Assembly (NCBI RefSeq): GCF_037042905.1 | Contig: NC_087249.1 | Location: 19,096,001-19,160,000, forward strand | Reading direction: 5' to 3' | DNA length: 64,000 nt | Origin: Lytechinus pictus | Lineage: Eukaryota | Part shown: piece by piece, positions 53,717 through 64,000 of the stretch | How the letters are laid out: the number at the start of each line of letters is the position of its first letter | Numbering within the stretch: the first letter of the stretch is position 1 | Program-made: the position numbers and the translations under genes | Notes under the pieces: generated by a model | Database searches by the model: none | The model's input: only the letters and a program-made list of their open reading frames with translations | Told to the model about the DNA's origin: nothing

Positions 53717-54546
53717 TGGCTGAACGCCATCGGTTTGACCTTAATATAATTAACAAATACTAGCATCCCAACATTGCTAAACTAGCAATGCATGCCGCAC
53801 TGAGGTACTGCCTCTTTCTTGTTGCCCAATTTGCCATACATTTATAACAGTGCATGATTTAACCCTATGCACAAAAATAATTCAATTGTGGACAATCGAT
53901 CAATAAAATCCAACATTTAGCATTTAGCATTTAGGTAGCATTTAGCTATCGTAGTCACCTCACACTTAATTCCAACAAATACATATCATACCATTCCTGA
54001 GTTATAATTGTATTTTTATGGATTTTGTATACTGTTCTGTTGGAAATGAGATAAAATAAAATCTGAAACTGAAAACTTGAGTAACATCCACAAAATAACC
54101 CCATTGGATAATGGGGTATAACCATGATAACTGAAGGCACTAAAACTAATTTGATGGCCGACCGCCATCAGTTTGACCATATAGTTAACACATAGAAGCA
54201 TCCCAACATTGCTAAACCGGCAATGCATGCCGCACTGAGGTACTGCCATTTTCTTGTTGCCCCATTTGCCATTTATAACAGTGCATGATTTAACCCTATG
54301 CACAAATATAATTCAATTGTAGACAATCGATCAATTAAAATCCAACCACAGCATTTAGTTAGTCACCTCACACTTAATTCCAACAAATACATAATTATAC
54401 CATTCCTGAGTTATAATGGATTTTGTAAATTGTTCTGTTGAAATGAGATAAAATAAAAACTGAAAGCTTGCGTAACATCCACAGAATAACCCCATATAAA
54501 ACATGGAGTATAATCATGATAATTGAAGGCACTAAAACTAATTTGA
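53717..54546. repeat. Diverged tandem duplication, units 53717-54153 and 54154-54546
   Basis: Both units contain GCAATGCATGCCGCACTGAGGTACTGCC and end AAGGCACTAAAACTAATTTGA. Confidence 0.9.
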
Positions 54547-57500
54547 ATATGAAACCTTCCCGATCAGGACTACTCGGTTTAATAGAGCAACACTCCTCAA
54601 TTAAATATGCTGTTAAACTAAGAACCAGTTAACATAAACTGGAACTTTACCCGGGATGAATCATTTCGATAATGTTTTCACATATCAACGTAAAGCATGA
54701 CTGCCTTTTTATTGTTTTATCATCCTCACCACATCCATGAAATAATTATTTATTTCAAAAATTAAATAACATCCGAACAAGTAGTCCTTCAAACGATAAT
54801 GAATAAAATTTGAAGTGGCTTATACATTGATACATTCATATATGCTTATCCTGAACAATATGTTCCATTCTTGTTGGCAAAAGCATACGTACAAAGGGCT
54901 TTCTTCATATGTTCAACATGTTCAAGTTGAACAATATGGGGGACCTCATAAAAAGTCTGAAACTGAAATCATGACGAATTCATCCTCATATTATATGAAC
55001 TTATCCTTCAAGACAGCCCACTGTATCATGATGTTTCAAATATGATCTTTCCCTGTTGCTTGAAGGCTAAAATGTTTGTTCACCAGTTTTTTGACTGAAG
55101 AAAAACCTCTATTCCTTGGAATACGTATCAAAACCACCTTGTCGGTAAATTAGTTCTATGAAGATGAAGACGTTGACCACTGCTCCAATTAGAGTCATTG
55201 CTGGCAACAATACCCAGTTCAGTTCTATTTATTATAAGAGCGTATTAACGCCCCAAAATGACATCCTTTACTATGGACTCTAAGCTAACTGGTCAGGAAA
55301 TAGATCCAACCAAAGGGGAACTCTTTGGCAGCCAGACTTGGAGCGTTCTAGATCATACTATAGTAGGTCTACCGTCTAATTGTCATCAGACTTTCCTGCC
55401 AGCCTACCTTGCCTCGCAGTAGCCCACTTGAATCCCTTTCATCCAAAGATCCGGCACTGCAAAAGAAAAGAAGAAAAAGCCTGGGCAGAACACCAAATTC
55501 TATATCTAGTACCAAAACGGGTCTGTCCCTCTGCTATCCTTTTCGATTTATCACTCTTGTAGGCCCGAAAACCGAAGGACGTATATAACAGAGGTTATGA
55601 ACATTTCTTCATCTACTGCAAACACACAAGCACTAGTGAAAAGCATATTAAACAATTTGGAAGATTACAATCCTCACCAGTATTGGGGGGGGGGGGGGGG
55701 GGGCTCAATTGAACCCCCTAAATGCCTATGGAGTTGTACCATTTATTCACAAATAACAAATAAAATATATACATGTATATCCTTCGCCCTCTTTATCATA
55801 GCTTCCAATATACGCGTACTTTAAATTTTTAGCTTTATACGAAACGAGCAGCTTCCCGAAACATCTGAAACCGCCTTCACAGAGTAATCATTAGTCCTGC
55901 TCCTTATGTTTCATTTATAACTGCTATTTTCAAATTCCTTACAGTATAACCCCAACCAGCGATGCAATATCATCTGCATATATGTGCGTGTTGCAACTTC
56001 GACATTATTTCAAAACCAGATTCAATAAGCTTCAAATAATCTGTTCCATTTTAGACTATAACTTATCTTATCATTTTTATTATTTATTATTCTTATTTCA
56101 GTATTCGGTTTTACCTCTACACCACTGCAGAAATAATCAAGCCAAATTACTGCATCCAGCCCATTAGATACATTTTCATAATCAACGGGCCACCAGCACG
56201 AATATTTCACACGCTGTCCAATTCCAAGAAGAAGATATACTTTTTGGAACCTGGTTTCTGATTGAGCAATCGGTAAATTTCGTTTGATTGGCCAGTATAC
56301 CTATATGGCTTATTGCATTATTAAGGCATCCGTATATTGTGTCCCCCGAAGCAACAAAAGGGGAAATTACAGTATGGTACAAGATTTCAGACACTTTCCA
56401 ACACAGGCCCATGCAACACAGGCCCATGTCAATCGACTACATCAATTTCTACTGAATGCCTTCAAGAAATTAGCTCATAATTATAAGCTCATCATCATTA
56501 TTTATTATTTTATTTGCCGCCTTGATCATGTATACCAAATCTATAATATATTATCATTATTTTAAATGATACTATCGATATTATCTCAGTTCAAATCATT
56601 GATCAGCCAAATAGGCCTATTTGATATATATCTTGAACCATGAGGTGTAAGGTTCAATTCTGAAGCGCTTTGAGCGGTTAGAGGTTGATAAAGCGTTATA
56701 TAAAAACAAGTAATTCAATTCCAATAGGGCCTAAGCATTTATATTCTTTCATTTCCACAAGATATAAACCATACAAAATCATTAAAAAAAAAAATCAAGG
56801 TTCCTTGTTAGGAGGCCCATACTATTATAACAACTGCTCGTTGAACCCCTTGACTTCAATGTAAACTAAATTGAGGATTCCAAGCTAATTCGAAATTACA
56901 TCCACATTTTATCATGTGCATGGTAAGTTTACTTTTACATGTGCCATGTTTCCTCGAAACTTCGAGCTCACAGTTCTACCAAGCATCGGCATTTAATTCA
57001 TGCAAAGTGAATTCCCAAAACCAACCTCCTTTCAAGGCGTACATGTTTAAACAGAACTGCTTGGTGCAAGTGGAGGTATTTATATTTATAATGATTATCA
57101 AAGTGCATTATTACAAAATGCTAATTGCATAATCATAATGATAAGCATCATCTGCTACTTTCCAAAATAATGACTGATTCAACAATAACATTTGAAAGCT
57201 GAGTAGAATCTATAATTATTACCACTACCGGTCTATCCACATAATTTTGCGACCAAGAACACAGCTCTCGCTGGCCCATAATCCAGAAAACGTCATAGAG
57301 GTCAAATACTACTTTAATATAGGCCTAACTGAACCATCTGATAATAGGGTCTATCCTCAAACATACATGTAAAACCGCGTCTACTGTAAGTAGATCTAAC
57401 GTTAGGCCGAGCCTAGTTTCAACTTTCACTCTGTGGTGTCACCATGCACTGCTGCAGTGCAGTAGACTACTTGTAAATTTATAACAAAGTGACATTTCCC

Positions 57501-59233
57501 ACTCAATTATTTATCAATAATACCGAAAAGTTTAAACTTTTCGCCAATCACTAGTAGACCCTCTATTATTCTCACCATTTTTCAAATACGGTGGCTTAAA
57601 ATTAATCATGGTCCTAAATAGATCTTAGCCTAGACCATAACTAGGCCTTAAAATAAGCTGTTAGTGTTAGCGCCAATATAGACTACAATTTCCTTTTGAT
57701 TTTCCATCGTATATACATATTATCGATACTAGCCACCGGCTTCGAAATTATATATTACAACCGTAGGGCCTAGGCTATATCATACCCGTCCATAGGCCTA
57801 GATCTAGTCATGCAGATGCACTAGGGCCTACGCCTATATATACGCTATACGGTAACCAACGTTATAATTGTTGAACTCATTCTCAAAACCTCCAATCTCC
57901 ATCATTACACACCTGGTTCAGACACCAAAACAAAGTAGTCAAGTAGGACCAGGTCTAGGCCAGGCTAGGCTTGTGCTTAAATTTTGAAGCTAACCCCTCC
58001 CTTTTCCATCATGATCGTAATTAAAACACTTGGTCTTGGACCAAGTTTAAAATTAATTCCAGGCCAAGTCCAAGTTATGTCTAGGATCTATGGCTTGACA
58101 TTTGGTCCTAGGCTAGGCCTATATGTAAATCCCCAATTGCGTTAGCAAGCCAAATCATGGCAAATAGACCCCCCCCCCCCTGTTTGCCTGACTAAATTTA
58201 CTATACTAGGGCCTAAAGTTAGGCATTTGATTTGCCTAGCACATGGGAATGGGATCTTCGCGTGCTAACGTAAAAACCGGGGGGGGGGGGTATTGAAGGG
58301 CCATGAAATTGAAACTATGGAAGAGCTTTGTGTCAGACTCAGAGCGTAACTAATCGACTTCTGACCAATAAGAACCTGATTTTTTTTTTAAATCTCAGAC
58401 TAAGGCCTAGGCAGGCCTACCTGCGCTAGTCTAAACTAAGAAAACTCCACAAGTTACAAATCACCCCGATACTAGTACTACTAGTACTACTTGTACTAGC
58501 ACTGTACTCTGTAGCACTAGCAGGCCTCGATCATTCAACAAGCCTAACTAACATTAACAATAGGCTTAATTAAGTTAGGCCTAGGCCTACTACTACTAGC
58601 CTAGTACTTTAGTAGTACTATTTTTACTAACACTAATCCAGACTGAGACTGAGTCTAGCCTAGATCTATTCCTGCTTCCGTACTCACCGTATAGGCTAGG
58701 TCTTGCAGAGACTGGAACTTGTAAATTGTCTGGTACCGACCCCTTTCCGTCTGCTAATCCAGACCGTTGCCTCGGCTCAGCCACAGGCTTCGCATCATAC
58801 TCGGTCTCGGGAGCTAGTAGTAGTAGGACCTCTGACTCGGGCTCTGACTACCGTAACATTCAATACTCATAATCATGATGAATCCCAGTCGACCGTAAGT
58901 CGTTGAACGGAATTCCATCTCGAGTCAATTTCTCATCGTTGCTGAAACCAAAAAGTTCTAGGACCCAGCCGATCTGCTACTGCTAGTGCTACTGCTAAGT
59001 ACTGCTAGTGTTATACTTAAGTTATAGCGACAACACGTAGCGTAGCTCCTCGTACGGTACCGTCGTATAAAACTCGGTTCAAAGCAGACGGTTAATCGTT
59101 AGGCCAGGCAAGAAATAGAGAATCCTCAAGTAATTCGGACAGCATTTACAGCTGCATTAAGCAAAATTAAGATGATTCCCGATCGATGATGGTTTCAACA
59201 AAAATTCTTGTAGATCTCGTTGTACTTTGTAGA

Positions 59234-59520
59234 AAAATTACAAGCGAATATTTTGGACGTTCATCTCCGTTGAAAGCCAAGACTAAAATGAAGGATTTTT
59301 CGCGCCTTCGCCTAGGCGCGCGCGCCAAAATATGGGCGCTCCTTGCGCCCAGTATAAATTATTGTCATTGTGCGCATAAACAATACCGTCTGGCGCACCA
59401 TTGTGACGTATCACCTCGTCAACCGCGCCATTCCAAATTACAAACACCTTCATGACCTGGCTTTGTTCGCCGACCTATAAATCATTTTAAATCGCCGAGT
59501 CGTCTTTAAAATACATTATA
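59234..59520. repeat. Direct repeat A1 (outer copy), CpG-rich and promoter-like
   Basis: Matches 51972-52258 at offset 7262; contains CGCGCCT-TCGCCT-AGGCGCG hairpin and TGACGT. Confidence 0.95.
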
Positions 59521-60559
59521 ACCGAGTTTAGGAGAAATATTACTGTTGATTATATGCCAACTAAAATACATTTAAAATCCCATTGATCGTAAATTCCTTC
59601 GGCATACACACATAGTTCGCTTATTCAATGTGCAGTTGAAATTTTACATAATTCTTGAACATTTGCCTCCATTTCTGGAGGGAGATACACGGATTTCTAA
59701 ATTTACAATTTCTACTAATTTCAAAACGATAACTTAACAGGTAAAACAAAATATGCATTAGTCTTTTAATTGTTATATTTCTCTTAGATTCTTTTCCAAC
59801 AAAAGTTTTATAAATAGCAAATAATGCATAATTCAAAATAATATCTATATCCTTTTTCTTTTTTTAACTAATGTCAATACCAGAAAATACATGTCTGGAA
59901 ACGAAAACCTTGCCTGAAATATTTTTGAATACTCTTTTCCACTCTTTCCCTAAAGATCGCAACTATGTTACAAGAAAAGAAAAAAAACCATATGTATACA
60001 ATCACCTTTTTTATTACAATAAAAGCATTTGTCATTTACTATTAAGTTCCATTTGAATAGGTTTACATGTGTGGCCAAAATATTATACATGAACTTAAAA
60101 TTAAAGTTAATCATTGGAATCTGCTATTTTGCACCACTTTTGTTTCAGAGCATTTAGTGTTCAGTGAAACTCGGTCATAGAAACCTAATTTGGGTGTCAT
60201 TAGAATGATAATGAACTACAATTTTAGGTAATATATTTCTTATGATTATTGATCATGAATCCTGAGTTTCCTTTTTATTTTTGCACCCATATTCTATTCA
60301 ATTCAATTCAGGAATATACCACAAAGTACATTTTCATTTCAAAACGCTGTTTTTTAATTTCCTACAACCCAATAAAATTTCGAAACAAAGTACAGACTTT
60401 TCATTTGGATGCCTATTGAAATGATAATTTCAAACCACACAAGGGAACTAAAATCTGATTTGGCATCTAATAACAGGTGACCAGAATTCTGTTGCACAAA
60501 GTCATGTGTAACTTAAACTGGTATTATTTCATGTATGTGTACGATCAGGTTTCTCAATG

Positions 60560-60727
60560 CATATTCATGAAGCCATGAGTAGAAGTGTTTAACCGAGAAA
60601 ATCCAAAACTTTAAATGACATAACTTTGTTATTCCTCGTCTGATTTTGATAAAATTGTCAGTGTTTTGTTTGTATGATTTTACTTTATCTCTTAAAATCA
60701 TATTATTGCCATCCTGGAGTACCCTTT
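60560..60727. mobile_element. Right-arm fragment of a Kolobok-like element
   Basis: ACTTTAAATGACATAACTTT...GATTTTGATAAAATT...CCTGGAGTACCCTT then TTAA; resembles family A/B arms. Confidence 0.55.
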
Positions 60728-61967
60728 TAAGATCAGTATTATGAAACACAACCCGCAAGGTTCTTTTACCCCTTAGGATGAATATATCATCCTAAAAATA
60801 CAATTATGGGTTATTATACTTTCAGGTTATTTTTGCGTTGACAATAATAAAATAATTATGGTCCTTGCCCTTTTCAGGCTTACACAACGTGGATTAATTA
60901 TTACTCTATAAGAAATTAATACTCATTTTACATTTCCGTTGCCCTTGTATTCTTTCTATTTCTTTCTTCTCGCTCCTCAGGCGAAAAAAAGATTTCACAG
61001 AAATCCTATGTCTGGGAGTAAACTATTCCAATGAGGAATGTCGAAATGTGCATCAATTATTCAAAAGGCTGGCCTCTTCCTTTGGGCTATTTTACCAATT
61101 TTTCCAGATGTCAATTTTCTTTTCTTTCTCAGGGTGCCGCCCACATTTATAAATATAGAATAAACTGCTTGATCTTGATAATGATTTGGATATGATTTCT
61201 GTGTTTCTTTAAAAACAAGTAGCTTGTTTTTATCTTGGATACGAGTGCAATAAAGGACAGGTAATTAAATTACTAATATTCGTTATACAGTCTATATATG
61301 ATTTTAAAATAAGTTTCTAGAAGAGTGGTCGGGTTCTCTTTTTAATCTTCTTTCTCGTTGCAAAAACAATCATAACTTACTTCCAAAACAATGATAATGA
61401 AAAAGTTAATTAATCCATCATCATCATAATATCTTTGAAAAAATATCTATTTAATTAGGACCCCGTTTGTAAGACCATGTTATTTTTTCAGCCATGTAAA
61501 GGCATTTGAGTATCCAATTATTCAGGCAAAAATGCAAGAGGTTCAATGGGATAGACAGAAATAAAAGAAAACGGGCATGTTATTTCAATGACCTTGTGTC
61601 TCCCACATAATATACTATTATATGCCTTTTCTTGATTCTACAAAAATGGACGTAAATACTATTTGATTTTTTTTCATCTGTCATTCAGTGTCTATACGAT
61701 GAATTCATTCAATCTTTATGATAAAATAATTCTTCCACTTTAGAGAAAATTAAGAAAATCTTAAAAACATATTGAATAAATAAGTGTTTGGTATCGAAAA
61801 ATAACCTTAAAAATAATATTATATAAGAAATATCATATTGCTTATAATTAATGAAAATCTAAAGAAAAAAAACACTATTTATTCTGAAAAAAAAGTTATC
61901 TTACATTTTATTATTCAATGTAAGAAGCCCGCTAAGATTTATTGAACCCACACGTAGGCCTACTTAA

Positions 61968-62542
61968 AAATCAACTTCACCCTAAAAAATTGTTAATTTG
62001 AATCAATATAGAAAAATTAAACAAGCATAACGCTGAAAACATCATCAAAATTGGATGTAAACGAAGAAAGTTATGACATTTTAAAGTTTCGCTTTTTTCA
62101 CAAAACAGTGATATGCACAACTCAGTTAAATGCAAATGAGAGATTCGATTATGTCACTCACTATTTCTGTTTTTTTATGTTGTTTGAATTATACAATATT
62201 GCAATTTTTATCTTGTTTAAAACTGTTAAAATAATGGCAATTCCACATGTTCAGGGGGGAATAATTTTGTTTTGCATGACAATGAGGAGAAAATTAGAAT
62301 ATTTCATATTTCATTTAATAAAATACAAAAGAAATAACAGTTGGTGACGTCATCGGTCTGCTCATTTGCATACCGCCCAGAATGTTTATGCATACAACTG
62401 TTTTGTGAAATTAAGCGAAACTCTTAAATGCCATAACTTTTTTTTATTTCACATCAGATTTTGATGAAATTTTCAGTGTTATGCTTGTTGGCTTCTTCTT
62501 CTTTTATTCAAATCAACATTTTGTTGGGGGTGCACTTGTCCT
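61968..62542. mobile_element. Family A Kolobok-like MITE, uninterrupted copy
   Basis: Right TIR GGGGGTGCACTTGTCCT then TTAA (62543-62546); left TIR degenerate after TTAA at 61964-61967; homologous to 124-1499 minus the inserts. Confidence 0.8.
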
Positions 62543-64000
62543 TTAACCGTAATCGTAAACGTCGTATTTCTTTGGACCGTCAAACTAAAGAATTTCTTTC
62601 CAGATGAACTTGATTGTACCCAAGGTTTCAAGCCCCAATTACGACGAATCACTCATTTTCGATCCCTACTCGTAAGAAGACACTGCTTCCCATTTTTCAG
62701 ACACTTATCTTAGATATAGGCATAAGGACAGAAGACAAATTTTTATGATAAACATGAATACTCCTCGTGTAAGGAGACACGACCATTTTTATAGAGGACA
62801 AATTCAGTGTCAAGGATTTCTCTTAGCACGTATCTTTAAAGCGTCGTCAAGCTTAGATCAATCTTCCAAAAAGGAAATCTCATGTTTCAAGTATCCCTTG
62901 AAGTATTTGTCGTCGCCCTTTTATTCATACATACCAGTAATCTAGGCCAACGGTGAGCATGGGGGAAGGTTATGTTGGAAGCTTGTCATTGCTTGGGACT
63001 TCTCAATGTTCTACCATGATAGAATGTCCTGTCCTGTAGGATAAATCCGTCAAAAATTGTCTCTCGAATCAATTGCTTTGCTTTATTTTACGGGTCCCTG
63101 GACGCTTTTTAATTTTTTTTAATACTTAATTTCAAATCTCCCTACTTTGTGTTGGAGCTATTAGGTGCTGTACTACAGGGAGGGGGCAGGGGGTAAGGGG
63201 GCAGGAAGACGACCAGCCATACGATTCTTACATGCTGTGGGGAAAAAGGAAAATAAAGAACAAGAGAAAAAAAAATAAAAAAGGTCTGGGTCATTTAAAT
63301 TTATCATAATTGCGATTTTCAATGGAGGGGAAAAGATACGTAATATTTAAGTCGTTTCCCCTCCCCCTTCTCTATCAAAATACCCGTGTGCCACCCTGGG
63401 TGTTCACCATGTATGACGTTTCCCACCATTGACGAGAGTCTACATCAGTCGTGACCATAGTTTTTTTCTTGATTATCAATTATGAGATGTCCTATCATAT
63501 TTTCTCATTTATTATTGTGCCCGTATCCATTTTGCCTTTTCTCATTTTCAGTTTTGTCTTTTCCCCTGGCCGTTATCGATGTACTCATCTATTGTTCCAA
63601 TAGTTGTGTCGTGTGATTTATATCAAACCAGTGACCTCACTTCCAGCTACATAGAGATGGGACAAGATCTTATTGGAACAAATGATTATGCAATCTGCTT
63701 TATCATGCCTTCTGTTTCGAAAAAAAGAAAAAGATGCCTGGAAGATGATGAATGAATCGGAGATATATCTTGCATTCGACCTTGACCTTTCATATTTTAA
63801 TTACATCTTTTTAGTGCTAACAATTCGTGCGGTTGTAATAAAAGAAGATTACAAATTCGAAAAAAAAAATATTGGTGAAAGATTAACGAAATCCACCAAA
63901 AAATAAGTTATGAATTGTTAAAATTTTAATTTCAGACTTCGGATGCGAACAGCTCCCCACTCTAGGCCTAATATGTAAAGTCCATAAATTCGAATTTGAA

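Larger units (their letters stand above)
50778..59520 (-). mobile_element. 8.74-kb split-direct-repeat element (PAT/Ngaro/TOC1-like layout), non-autonomous
   Basis: 50778-51516 = 52254-52992 (739 bp, one mismatch seen); 51972-52258 = 59234-59520 (287 bp, no mismatch seen); inner copies abut through a shared TTATA that is also at both outer ends; no RT/YR ORF. Confidence 0.7.

Noticed and set aside
55290-55390. Intronic C/D-box snoRNA on the minus strand (TGATGA...CTGA)
   Set aside because: No terminal stem or recognisable guide; the boxes are short enough to occur by chance
50778-59520. Conventional LTR retrotransposon or simple tandem duplication
   Set aside because: The two outer ends are different sequences, with no TG...CA, PBS or PPT seen, and the 455-bp spacer has no counterpart in the long interior

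Overview
AT-rich animal genomic DNA with three N gaps (7812-7981, 19033-19173, 45671-45813). The repeat landscape resembles a marine invertebrate such as a sea urchin (inference). No intact host gene is recognisable, and almost all ORF-track entries are spurious. The only clear protein-coding relic is a decayed R4/Dong-clade non-LTR retrotransposon (RT plus restriction-like endonuclease, ~41.6-45.7 kb) next to a (TAA)n tract and interrupted by a tRNA-derived SINE. The rest is a dense, often nested set of non-autonomous DNA transposons (Kolobok-like/TTAA, CACT-ended/2-bp TSD, hAT/8-bp TSD, Harbinger-like/3-bp TSD, Tc1/mariner/TA), SINE fragments and microsatellites. The most unusual object is an 8.74-kb element at 50778-59520 with almost identical split direct repeats (minus strand A1-internal-B1-A2-spacer-B2) and the same TTATA core at all three junctions. 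This is the layout of PAT/Ngaro/TOC1-type tyrosine-recombinase retroelements, but it has no gag/RT/YR ORF. It carries a promoter-like end, a dense field of TA-palindrome footprints, structured hairpins and possible short spliced exons. All alignments and coordinates were read by eye.
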